From the NCBI GenBank assembly GCA_963692945.1, contig OY843585.1:1170001-1202000 (forward strand): a stretch of 32,000 nt of DNA, read 5' to 3'. The DNA comes from Bdellovibrionales bacterium (GTDB taxonomy: Bacteria > Bdellovibrionota > Bdellovibrionia > Bdellovibrionales > UBA1609). Position 1 is the stretch's first letter; every line of letters begins with the position of its first letter. Shown here in pieces: positions 1-8,775 of the stretch. Under the pieces are notes generated by a model, which saw only the letters and a list, made by a program, of their open reading frames with translations, was not told the DNA's origin and did not search any database. The translations under genes were made by a program, and so were the position numbers.

Positions 1-1113
1 GAGAATTCAAGTCAAAAAATAGAAATTAAAGAAACAAAAGATGAAATTACAGAAATTAATAATTTTATTGAAAAAATTAATCAAGATATCGCAATATATA
101 ATGAAAAATTAAAAAATAAAGATCAAACCCAAAAAAAAATAAAAAATCAATTTTGGCAAATTATGCGTTGGAATTATGACAATGCACTAATTCAGCATGA
201 AAAAAATAAAGATAAAACTGAGAAAAAAATAGAAGAAATAAACAATGAGATAACAGGTATTAACAAAAAAATATCTCTTCAAAAAGAAAATATAAAACAA
301 CAACAAGAAAATATGATCAATATTGAAGGGGCAATAAATAATATCAATAATGGATTGAGAGAATTAGGAATTGAAGGATTCAATATAATAAAATTTCAGG
401 AAAATTCATATAAAATTGTGAGAGAGGGTCAGGAAGAAGGACAGTTTCAAACTCTCAGTGAAGGTGAAAAGATGATTATAAGTTTTCTCTATTTTATGGA
501 ATTATGCAAAGGAAAAGAAAGTAAGGAAGAAGTAGTAAAAAATAAAATTGTGGTGATTGATGATCCAATATCAAGCTTATCACATACTTATATTTTTAAT
601 CTCAGTATTTGGATAAAAAACCATTTTTTTAAATCAGAAAATTATAAACAGATTTTGGTATTAACTCACAGCTTGTATTTTTTTCACGAACTCATAAGAT
701 ACGATAAAAATAGAAAACTTTTTCGTTTTCTAAAACTATCAACAAATAAAATTCAAATTGAAAAAATGGAAGAAAATGAAATAAAAAATGAATACGAATC
801 ATACTGGCAAGTTATTAAAGACCATGAAAATGGCAAAGCATCAAATGGATTGCTTGCAAATAGCATGAGGAACATACTTGAACATTTCTTTGGTTTTATA
901 TATAAAGAAGGACTAGAAAAAAAATTAGAGTCCTTAGGTAAGGATAATAAATTCGAATCTTTTCTAAGGTATATGAATAGGGAATCTCATTCAGATGCTA
1001 TAAATATCACTGATGACAAAGAAATAGATTCAAAACTTTTTAAAGATGCTTTTAAAGAAGTATTTACTAAGTCTGGCTATGAAGAACACTATAAAAATAT
1101 GATGAAAACTTAA
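1..1113 (+). CDS. AAA_13-type (PrrC/RloC-like) ABC-fold ATPase, C-terminal ~370 aa; 5' end lies upstream of the window
   Basis: Frame 1 is open from nt 1 (ENSSQKIEIKETKDEITEINNF...), so the 316-aa track ORF starts at an internal Met. A Lys/Glu/Asn coiled-coil insert is followed by the ABC-signature-like LSEGEKMIISFLYF, Walker B IVVIDDPISSL and LTHS. This layout is typical of AAA_13 ATPases. The Walker A motif is not in the window. Confidence 0.6.
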   Translation, partial: ENSSQKIEIKETKDEITEINNFIEKINQDIAIYNEKLKNKDQTQKKIKNQFWQIMRWNYDNALIQHEKNKDKTEKKIEEINNEITGINKKISLQKENIKQQQENMINIEGAINNINNGLRELGIEGFNIIKFQENSYKIVREGQEEGQFQTLSEGEKMIISFLYFMELCKGKESKEEVVKNKIVVIDDPISSLSHTYIFNLSIWIKNHFFKSENYKQILVLTHSLYFFHELIRYDKNRKLFRFLKLSTNKIQIEKMEENEIKNEYESYWQVIKDHENGKASNGLLANSMRNILEHFFGFIYKEGLEKKLESLGKDNKFESFLRYMNRESHSDAINITDDKEIDSKLFKDAFKEVFTKSGYEEHYKNMMKT

Positions 1114-1215
1114 AAGTGTTTCATTTTGAGAATTTCTTTTTAAAAGAGCTTAAGCTTTGAACGATAGAATAATAACTGTTTAAAAACACTGGCTTTTTTT
1201 AAACAATTAAATCAC

Positions 1216-1327
1216 TATCCTAAGACCTTAAACTATCCTTTTTTTAAAACAAAATCTTACTTATTTATTTTTCTTAACTAAGGATATGTCAATATGATGT
1301 ATAATAGCATATGTCTAGTTAAGGATA
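1216..1327 (+). promoter_or_regulatory. Putative promoter/operator for the 1363-2301 gene pair
   Basis: TAAGGATA at 1279-1286 and 1320-1327 (direct, 41 bp apart) bracket a TATAAT at 1300-1305. The reverse-complement half-site TATCCT occurs at 1216-1221 and 1234-1239. An AGGAG Shine-Dalgarno at 1351-1355 lies 7 nt before ATG 1363. Confidence 0.3.
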
Positions 1328-1362
1328 ACTAGTTTTTTAACAAATAACATAGGAGTAAAATT

Positions 1363-1644
1363 ATGGAATCATATTTAGATATAAGTCGTTTTGAACCAGC
1401 TAGAATTGAATTTATAAATCAAGAAATCTCTCTAGAAAGAATTTTGGGAATCTATGACGAGCATAAAGATACTTTATTAGATCATTTAAAAAAAGATAAA
1501 GAAGAATTAGAAAATAGCTTAAAAATACCTGTAGATATAGGTGAAGAAATTCAAAAAGTACAACTTGAAGAAATTGAAAAAACAAAACAAGCTATTAAGA
1601 AAGTAGAAAATTACAAAAATACAAACTCTTACAATCTAAGGTAA
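1363..1644 (+). CDS. Hypothetical small acidic/coiled protein (93 aa)
   Basis: ORF with a good SD (AGGAG, 7-nt spacing). It ends 12 nt before the next co-oriented ORF. I recognise no motif. Confidence 0.45.
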   Translation: MESYLDISRFEPARIEFINQEISLERILGIYDEHKDTLLDHLKKDKEELENSLKIPVDIGEEIQKVQLEEIEKTKQAIKKVENYKNTNSYNLR

Positions 1645-1656
1645 TAGTACTTCATT

Positions 1657-2301
1657 ATGGCTTTAATTAAGAATAGTAAAGGTAAGGAAAATAGCGGATA
1701 TGTCCATATATTTGGCAATGAAAAACTAGGAAGGCTTATTAGTCGTGTTCATAGTGTTTCTAATAAAAATGGGCAAGAACTTAAAAACCTTATAAAAAAA
1801 TATTCAAAACAAATTCTTATAGATAAAAAAAAAGATATAGATAAACAAATAAAAGAATTTTTAAATAGTAGACAATCAGGAATATACCTTCTAAGTGTAG
1901 GAGATATAAAGCATAGAAAAAAACTAAAAGGAATGCAACCAGACTTCATTATTTTTAATAAGATAAATAATAAAAACCTAAAATGTTATTTATTGAAAGT
2001 TACAGACTCTTATAGGATAAGCAAACCTTATACAACAACCATAATAGATTCGATGGAAAAATTTAAATTTAAACATATAAATTTTCATTATAAATATTAT
2101 TGTTGTTTCAATGAAAGCACTAAAAACCAAGTTAGAAAAGGATTTGGAAATAAAATTAGAGAAAATCAATGTTTAACTGGAAAGGATTTATGTAAGCTAT
2201 TGAAAATTAATTATCAAGAAATAAAAAAAATAAGACAAAAAGACCAAAAAGATAATTTAAATTATTTTGTTCAAGAATTGAAAAGTATTTTTAAACTTTG
2301 A
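1657..2301 (+). CDS. Hypothetical basic protein (214 aa), function unknown
   Basis: ORF tightly coupled to the 93-aa ORF. It is Lys-rich and has a QPDFIIF...CYLLKV segment only loosely reminiscent of PD-(D/E)XK. No secure family assignment. Confidence 0.45.
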   Translation: MALIKNSKGKENSGYVHIFGNEKLGRLISRVHSVSNKNGQELKNLIKKYSKQILIDKKKDIDKQIKEFLNSRQSGIYLLSVGDIKHRKKLKGMQPDFIIFNKINNKNLKCYLLKVTDSYRISKPYTTTIIDSMEKFKFKHINFHYKYYCCFNESTKNQVRKGFGNKIRENQCLTGKDLCKLLKINYQEIKKIRQKDQKDNLNYFVQELKSIFKL

Positions 2302-2450
2302 AAAACACAATACAAGATGAAGAAGTAGATATTTTTAATAATCACTATATTTAAAATTTTTAGGATTAAAAAAACTTCTATTTAAAAATTGACAGAATAA
2401 AACAATATATATGTTTTTAAAAAATCATTTTAAAAACAATTAAGATTTTT

Positions 2451-4037
2451 TCATTCTGCAATTTCATCTATACATTTAATAATAAAATCTTCTAGAGTTT
2501 TAAAATCTTTATTCAATTGCTTTGCATCTTCTAATTCGTAAAACGAGTCATGTTTGCTTATATTTCCTCTAGAAGCAATTTCATTAATAACATTTTTAAA
2601 TCCATTTCTCTTATTTTTATTATACCAGTCATTTATTTTACTATCATAAAAACTCTTAAAAGAAGTACTTCTGGGCTTACCCATATAACAAGATAAACAA
2701 TCTAGAAAAGCCCAACCACCTATATAAGCTAAATAAGGATGTTCTACCAGAGATATTTTACAAAGCGAATTATATAAATAATATAATTTTTTATGGGTTA
2801 AATTTTCTAACTTGTCGCTAATATTATTTACAAGCAAGATTTTTGTACTACTTAAGGAGGTCGCTTTTTTCCTTTCCTCTTGTCCTTTTTCCGATCTTAC
2901 TATAATATTTTTATTAGAGATTACTGACATTACACTAGGAGTATCTTTATTTGATTTTTTGTCTTGTTTAGAGCGATAGTTATTAACTTGATCAATAAAT
3001 TTATCTTTTTGCAGTTCTTTTTTTAAAATAATGTACAAATCATGAATATCAGTAAATTTTGTTTTCATAAAATCAATTTCAAAATCATCTAAATGAAGTT
3101 CTCCATATATCCTTTCACTTGCATATTTATTTTTAGTTCCTGATAAGATTTTTGGACGATTAGGAGTTATAAGAGTTCCTTCAATTACTCTATTATTTCT
3201 GAAAAGCCGTATACCAGGTTGTTCGTAACCACCTTTTTTCATAATTACACAAAATCCTTTTACTTTACTTCCTTTATAATCTAATTCAATTTTCTTTTTC
3301 CATAATCTTGTTTTAGATATACTTTCCATCTTATTATTTACTAAAGGATAATTTAATGTTTCTGAAGGTTCAAAATAAGCTTTCGTCTTTTTTTTCCATT
3401 TTTTTGGTAAAATTTCATTATCATATTCAACATCTATTGATAAAAAATTTTTAAATTTTATAAATGTTTCTGCTAAATGAGGGATAACCATATCTTGATA
3501 ATATTCTTTTGACTCTATTCTTTTAGAATTTTTTATAATAATTTTTGTGTAATGATTCTTTTGCTTTTCAATTTTACTAGAAACAGAAACTGCTGTTTTA
3601 TTTTGTTCTAACAATTCATCAAGATTAAATTGAAATATCAATTTTTCTTTAGAATTTAAAGATGAGGTTTCAATTTCCCAATTACTACTGAACCATACAG
3701 CAGATGTTTTCATTCCTATACCGAATTTTGAAAGACTTGATTTTTTATGATTAACACTTACTCCCATTTTAATAGCTTTTTGAAAGTTTTTTCTATTTAT
3801 TCCACTAGCATTATCTAAAATAATTATTTCTTTCTTTTTACTATCTATAGAAATTTTTATCTTTAATTTTATATTCTTCTTTTCAATAACTTGAATAGAC
3901 TTTCTATTATCTATATAAGATTGAACAGAATTATCCACAAATTCTGAAAGAGCAGAATGAACAGAATAAGGTTGATTTTGTAACCATTTATACATAGTCA
4001 TTTCTGGAGAGACATCAACTTTAAAAGAATTAGACAT
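2451..4037 (-). CDS. GHKL (HATPase_c_3) MORC/paraMORC-like ATPase with an unknown ~130-aa C-terminal domain
   Basis: Bergerat-fold motifs are present: EFVDNSVQS (N box), ILDNASGI (G1), KFGIGMKTSAVW (G2), HYTKIIIKN. These are followed by GIRLFRNNRVIEG and IYGELHLDDFEIDFMKTKF segments, as in prokaryotic MORC-like proteins. The gene is co-oriented with the upstream C5 methyltransferase and starts 151 nt downstream of it. Confidence 0.7.
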   Translation of the reverse strand: MSNSFKVDVSPEMTMYKWLQNQPYSVHSALSEFVDNSVQSYIDNRKSIQVIEKKNIKLKIKISIDSKKKEIIILDNASGINRKNFQKAIKMGVSVNHKKSSLSKFGIGMKTSAVWFSSNWEIETSSLNSKEKLIFQFNLDELLEQNKTAVSVSSKIEKQKNHYTKIIIKNSKRIESKEYYQDMVIPHLAETFIKFKNFLSIDVEYDNEILPKKWKKKTKAYFEPSETLNYPLVNNKMESISKTRLWKKKIELDYKGSKVKGFCVIMKKGGYEQPGIRLFRNNRVIEGTLITPNRPKILSGTKNKYASERIYGELHLDDFEIDFMKTKFTDIHDLYIILKKELQKDKFIDQVNNYRSKQDKKSNKDTPSVMSVISNKNIIVRSEKGQEERKKATSLSSTKILLVNNISDKLENLTHKKLYYLYNSLCKISLVEHPYLAYIGGWAFLDCLSCYMGKPRSTSFKSFYDSKINDWYNKNKRNGFKNVINEIASRGNISKHDSFYELEDAKQLNKDFKTLEDFIIKCIDEIAE

Positions 4038-4054
4038 TTAAAACCTCTTTAGCA

Positions 4055-4140
4055 AACCAACTTTATTTGCTGGGCTAATTATTTAACAATCCTTGCATCT
4101 ACAATATCTTTAAAAGATTTGAAAGATAAAAATTCACTTT
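4055..4140 (-). pseudogene. Decayed remnant of a C5-methyltransferase 3' end (motif X region)
   Basis: 86 nt at 4055-4140 align without gaps, at roughly 80% identity by eye, to 4195-4280, the last ~28 codons of the intact methyltransferase. The offset is exactly 140 nt. The remnant frame contains a stop, and the GNAV motif has degenerated (KDIV). Confidence 0.55.
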
Positions 4141-4188
4141 TACACACTGGGTTAGTAACTTAATTTTATTTGTTTATCTAAAAAATTT

Positions 4189-5445
4189 TTATAAAACCAG
4201 ATTTATTTGTTGAGCTAATAATTCAACAATCTTAGCATTTACAGCATTTCCAAAAGATTTGAAAGCTAAAGATTCACTATCTGGTATAAAGGATAGAGAA
4301 TGTAAATTTTGTAACTTTGCAGCTTCAAGTTTAGATATATATCTCATTTCAAACCCAATAATAGGTCTTTGTGTGGAAGTCATAGCAACAAGTGAAGGTA
4401 TTTTATGAGGCTTCAATACACGAATACCAGAAGCTCTAAATTGCAAAATATGTTCCGATAATACATAATTATCTTTAGATCCTCTCCATTCTAGTATTTG
4501 CCAACTATTATAATTTTTATTCAATTCTTTTTTCCAACTATTTAAAAACCTTTTATTTTTCTTATATAAATTTCTAGTATAAACCACAGAGTTTTTTAAC
4601 CAATCAGGTACTTTATTTGCTTTTCTTACATAGGAAGGTAGTCGAGAAAGCAAATCATTTCTGGAAGTGCAGTTATTTAATTTTTCTCCATAAGATCCCT
4701 TATATTTATACATATCTTTTAAACTTATTTTTTTAAAATTTAAAGGATAAGTGGCTCCTATTTCTGAAGCCACAATAGATACAGATGAAAGAGTATTAAT
4801 CTTACAGTTATCTAATAATTTTTGCCATTGCTGAATTTGAAGTTTTTTTTCTGATTCTATTTTTTTATGACTATCAGAAGAAATGAGTATATCTTTTAAT
4901 TGTTTCATGGATTGTTTTTTATTTGGCCATTGAAACTTTTTTAAATGTTTATTACTTTTAAATCCTAAAATAAAAATACGTTTTCTATTTTGAGGAATAC
5001 CAATGTCTAGCGGAGAAATGACTTTATAAATAACTTCATAACCTAATTTATTAAATGAATTTTTAATAAATTTCCAAAATTTTCCACCTTCAATATTTAA
5101 TATATTAGGTACATTTTCTAAAATTAAAAAATCTGGAGAGTGATATTTTGTAATTCTCAAGATATCCTTAATTAATTTTCCTGAATTTGGACATTTATAT
5201 CCATCTTTTTTCCCTGCTAATGAAAAAGACTGACAAGGAAATCCTGCACATAAAATATCATGCTCTGGAATATCTGTCTCACAAATTTCTCTTATGTCCC
5301 CTTTAGGTTTAATACCAAAGTTTTTATAGTAAAGTTTTTGTAACTGAGTATTGATTTCAGATGCAAATACACATTCAAAATTTCCTGCATTGAGTAACCC
5401 TTTATGAAATCCACCAATACCAGAAAAAAGATCAATAAATTTCAT
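4189..5445 (-). CDS. DNA (cytosine-5)-methyltransferase
   Basis: The canonical C5-MTase motifs are all present: I FSGIGGF, IV GFPCQSFSLAGK, VI ENVPNIL, VIII QNRKRIFILGF, X GNAV. A long variable (TRD) region lies between VIII and X. Confidence 0.93.
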   Translation of the reverse strand: MKFIDLFSGIGGFHKGLLNAGNFECVFASEINTQLQKLYYKNFGIKPKGDIREICETDIPEHDILCAGFPCQSFSLAGKKDGYKCPNSGKLIKDILRITKYHSPDFLILENVPNILNIEGGKFWKFIKNSFNKLGYEVIYKVISPLDIGIPQNRKRIFILGFKSNKHLKKFQWPNKKQSMKQLKDILISSDSHKKIESEKKLQIQQWQKLLDNCKINTLSSVSIVASEIGATYPLNFKKISLKDMYKYKGSYGEKLNNCTSRNDLLSRLPSYVRKANKVPDWLKNSVVYTRNLYKKNKRFLNSWKKELNKNYNSWQILEWRGSKDNYVLSEHILQFRASGIRVLKPHKIPSLVAMTSTQRPIIGFEMRYISKLEAAKLQNLHSLSFIPDSESLAFKSFGNAVNAKIVELLAQQINLVL

Positions 5446-5671
5446 AGCAAAAGATATATCGGTTTTTTATCTTTAGTTACTTAGTTAATAATTTGGTAAG
5501 AAACAGACTAAAGTCATAAAGTTTAAAAGTTTATTCTGACAGGAATTGTCAATTAAAATCGCTGTGGCTTTTTACTCTATCAGTTATTTAATGAACACTT
5601 TTTCTCATTGCATTATACCCCTACTGCCTATATATTCCTGAGTTCAGTAATTTTCTCTTAGAGGGAGTAGA

Positions 5672-6649
5672 ATGAATTTAAAATCTAGTTATACTAACAA
5701 AAAAGGATTTTTTTTGGGTGAAAAAAATTTAGAACAACTAAATGACTTAGGTCTTATCACGGAAAATATCATTTCTCCAAGTAAAGAGATGCTTGCCTAT
5801 GAAACCTTGTGGGCTATCCATGATATTAAAGAGAAAATGTTAAGAGAACTTTTTAGCAATCACATTCCATCTAAAGCTTTACTGGAAGTATCGTCAGCAC
5901 AAGCTGATTTTTTTGAACCAGAAAAATCTTTAAATGAAACTGAAAATAAAGTTAGTGTATTTTTAGAAGAGCAATCACTGGATCAAAATCATTTTTCATT
6001 TATTGTAAATAAAAACTTTCAATGTCCTGAAGTTTTAATGAAAGAATATCCTGTCGGATTATTTTACTACAAAGGAGATTTAAGTTTTCTAGAAACAAGA
6101 CTGATTTCCATAGTGGGTTCTAGAAAGCCATCTAAAGAAGGAATAACAAGAGCTCAAAACTTAGCTAAAGGATTGGTTGAAGAAAATTTTACTATTGTAT
6201 CTGGCTTAGCAGAAGGGATAGATGCATCGGCTCACAAATCAGCTATTGAAAATAATGGCAGAACCATTGGAATTATAGGAACACCAATCAATGAATATTA
6301 CCCTAAAAGTAATAAAAAATTACAAGAAGAGATTGAAAAAAATCATCTTCTTATAAGTCAGGTTCCGTTTTATAGATATGCTAATGAACCTTTTTCCAGT
6401 CGTAAATTTCATTTTCCAAGAAGAAATAAATTAATGGCTTCCATATCAGAAGCTACTATTGTTGTGGAAGCTTCGGACACAAGTGGTTCTCACTCTCAAG
6501 CTAGAGAATGTCTTAAACAAAAGAAAAAATTATTTATACTAGATTCTTGTTTTAATAATGAAAAAATTAAATGGCCTAAGAAATACTTAGAAAAAGGAGC
6601 TATTAGAGTTAAAGAACTTTCAGATATCTTAGAAAACATCAATGAGTGA
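5672..6649 (+). CDS. dprA: DprA/Smf-family (SLOG Rossmann) protein, lacking a long C-terminal winged-helix extension
   Basis: EYPVGLFYYKGDLSFL...ISIVGSRKPSKEG...IVSGLAEGIDASAHKSAI...GIIGTPINEYYP...RRNKLMASISEATIVVEASDTSGSHSQARE matches the DprA core. SD GAGGGAG lies upstream of the ATG. The gene is divergent from the methyltransferase. Confidence 0.8.
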   Translation: MNLKSSYTNKKGFFLGEKNLEQLNDLGLITENIISPSKEMLAYETLWAIHDIKEKMLRELFSNHIPSKALLEVSSAQADFFEPEKSLNETENKVSVFLEEQSLDQNHFSFIVNKNFQCPEVLMKEYPVGLFYYKGDLSFLETRLISIVGSRKPSKEGITRAQNLAKGLVEENFTIVSGLAEGIDASAHKSAIENNGRTIGIIGTPINEYYPKSNKKLQEEIEKNHLLISQVPFYRYANEPFSSRKFHFPRRNKLMASISEATIVVEASDTSGSHSQARECLKQKKKLFILDSCFNNEKIKWPKKYLEKGAIRVKELSDILENINE

Positions 6650-6695
6650 AGGTAAATGGCGTAAGATTGAAGTAGAAAACTTTTAGTTATATATA

Positions 6696-8612
6696 TCAAT
6701 CTTGATTCTCAAAATATTTTAAAATACCTTGTAATAATTTATTGTATTCATCTTCAATATTTTCATATTTTAAATTTTCAAAAATTAGATTCTTAGTTTG
6801 TTTAATTATGTCATCAATTTCTTTATCTAAATCAATCTGTTTTTTTTGCTTTAACCAATTTTTGATATTTTTAATATTGTTTCTTTCCTTTAAAATATTT
6901 TTATCAAATTTTAAATCTCTTATATCTTTATCATTTAAAACCTTGTTTACCTGCTCTACAATAAAATTATTTTTTATAAAATCTTCACCTGTTACTGCTT
7001 TAATTTTTGAATCAATATCCTGATAATTTTTCCAACTCCCAAATATTTTCTGCTTTTTATGTTGTTTCTTGTACTGTTTAGCCGTCTCGTCACTATCACT
7101 GATAATTAAGCATTTTCTTTTTGCCAGCTCAATTAATGGAGTAATTGTTTTTATATTTTTTACACCTTTAACATGACAAAACCCTATTTCTTTAAATTTT
7201 TCTTTTATTTCTTCAGTCTGTTGTTCTAAATATTTTTGAAATAAAAATTTATCTCTCCATCCTTCAAAAATAATATTTTTTTCTTTTAAAAAATCAAAAG
7301 TGGAAAATCCAAGAGCATTATATAGCAACTCTTCCTCTGTTATATTTGATTCTTCCGCTTGACTGATATTAGTAATTTCATTTTCCTTTTTAACTATATA
7401 ATGTCGATCAATATCACTAGAATCAATCATAAAGATAGAATGTGTGCTATAAAGAACATAATTCTTATTTGCAATTTTAATCAACTCATCTCGTAAATAA
7501 CGAGCTCCGCTTGGGTGTAAGTTTATTTCAGCCTCATCTACTAAAATCAATGTATTTTCTAATAAATTAGTTCTTACACGTGTTGAAATCATTAACAAAA
7601 AAGTAATAAATCTTTTAAAACCATCACTTCGTTTATCAAAATCATAAATATTTCGTTCTTTTATTCCAGGTATAATAAGATCACTATCTTTTTTAAGAGA
7701 AAATTCTATATTTTTATATTCTTTCCATACTTCTCTGAAATGACTTGTAGTTTTTCTTGCAATACCATCAAGATAATTTTGAAACTGATTTGAACTATAT
7801 CCTTTTTTACTCATAATATCTTCTGAGATATTTCTAATACCTGAAAGAGTAAACATATTTTTTAAAGGTATACAAGAATCTGGATTATTTGCAAATCCAT
7901 CAATATCTACAGATCTAGGTAACAAATTTTCTTCTTTATACTCCCAAAATATAATTTTTGGTAAATTTCTTTTTGTGATATCTGAAATAATACCTCCAAC
8001 TAATTTCTCTAAGTCTTGAAGCGTAGCATCTTCTAAATAATCTTCTGGAAGATCGGACCAATCTTTGAGTTTAATTAATGGCCATTTTGAAAGAAGATAT
8101 GCTTTATCTTTTAATTTTAACTGATAATCAGCAGGACAATTCTTACTTGGCTTCATCCATCCATTCAATAAATTAAATCCATCTTCTAATTTATAGTAGT
8201 TACAATTTTTATTTTCATTTAAAATATCAACCTGATATAATCCTTTATTTTGAGTATTACAAAAACCCTTTACAGATTGATTTTGACCATTCAAAGATAC
8301 AATTTCTGGATTCTCTTCATCTGAAATAATGTATGATGATAAAATTGTAAATATTTCATCTAACTCTTTTTTTTCAAATTCAAAGATGAATTTCACAAAT
8401 GACTTTTCAACTATATCTTCATCAGGTAATGCTTCTCTTTGATCTCTCAGTTTTTCTGGTTTATAACTATCCCCCAATAAAGACAATGCTTTTAAAATAT
8501 TGGATTTACCAGATTCATTTATACCTACAAGCACACGACAAGTAGGATTAAATTTAAATGTAATTTCTTCGATAGAACGAAAATTTTTTATATTCACTTG
8601 TTCAATTTTCAT
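6696..8612 (-). CDS. OLD-family nuclease (N-terminal ABC-type ATPase + C-terminal Toprim)
   Basis: N-terminus MKIEQVNIKNFRSI...GINESGKSN (Walker A); LILVDEAEINLHP (Walker B); STHS. C-terminus IIFEGWRDK (Toprim Glu) and LIISDSDETAK (DxD). Confidence 0.8.
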   Translation of the reverse strand: MKIEQVNIKNFRSIEEITFKFNPTCRVLVGINESGKSNILKALSLLGDSYKPEKLRDQREALPDEDIVEKSFVKFIFEFEKKELDEIFTILSSYIISDEENPEIVSLNGQNQSVKGFCNTQNKGLYQVDILNENKNCNYYKLEDGFNLLNGWMKPSKNCPADYQLKLKDKAYLLSKWPLIKLKDWSDLPEDYLEDATLQDLEKLVGGIISDITKRNLPKIIFWEYKEENLLPRSVDIDGFANNPDSCIPLKNMFTLSGIRNISEDIMSKKGYSSNQFQNYLDGIARKTTSHFREVWKEYKNIEFSLKKDSDLIIPGIKERNIYDFDKRSDGFKRFITFLLMISTRVRTNLLENTLILVDEAEINLHPSGARYLRDELIKIANKNYVLYSTHSIFMIDSSDIDRHYIVKKENEITNISQAEESNITEEELLYNALGFSTFDFLKEKNIIFEGWRDKFLFQKYLEQQTEEIKEKFKEIGFCHVKGVKNIKTITPLIELAKRKCLIISDSDETAKQYKKQHKKQKIFGSWKNYQDIDSKIKAVTGEDFIKNNFIVEQVNKVLNDKDIRDLKFDKNILKERNNIKNIKNWLKQKKQIDLDKEIDDIIKQTKNLIFENLKYENIEDEYNKLLQGILKYFENQD

Positions 8613-8746
8613 AAAAGATACTCTTTCGTTTTTGGATAAATTCTTTTTAAATCATTAATACAGAGAAGAAGTCAATGTTTTTTAAGATAAATCTTTCTAT
8701 AATTTGACAATCTACATTAGAAGTGTCCTAGTAGATTTATAATCTT

Positions 8747-8775
8747 AAAAAACGAAAGCGAGTTATAAAACTCGC
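8747..8775 (-). terminator. Rho-independent terminator after the DUF5131 gene
   Basis: On the minus strand, GCGAGTT-TTAT-AACTCGC (7-bp stem, 8758-8775) is followed by TTTCGTTTTTT. A second imperfect hairpin (CCTTAATAGT/ACTACTAAGG) lies at 8781-8804. Confidence 0.55.

Noticed and set aside
1657-2301. Cognate type II restriction endonuclease of the C5 methyltransferase
   Set aside because: Only a loose PDF...LLK resemblance to PD-(D/E)XK exists, with no acidic residue in the expected E/D-x-K position. The gene is separated from the MTase by the GHKL gene and belongs to a different transcription unit. It is kept as hypothetical.
5537-5551. TGACAGGAATTGTCA palindrome as a C-box/operator in the MTase-DprA divergent region
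   Set aside because: The arms are only 5 bp in an AT-rich region where TTGACA-like hexamers are frequent. This is not distinguishable from chance without a search.
6742-7023. 93-aa plus-strand ORF inside the OLD gene (and 6496-6699 minus-strand ORF inside the DprA-like gene)
   Set aside because: These are low-complexity Phe/Ile/Leu/Ser translations of the antisense strand of Lys/Glu/Asn-rich genes, which is typical AT-rich shadow ORF behaviour.
6696-8612. Gabija (GajA) or PARIS (AriA) assignment for the OLD-like gene
   Set aside because: There is no adjacent UvrD-like helicase (GajB) and no separate Toprim/DUF4435 partner (AriB). The Toprim domain is fused within the same protein, so only the generic OLD-family call is supported.
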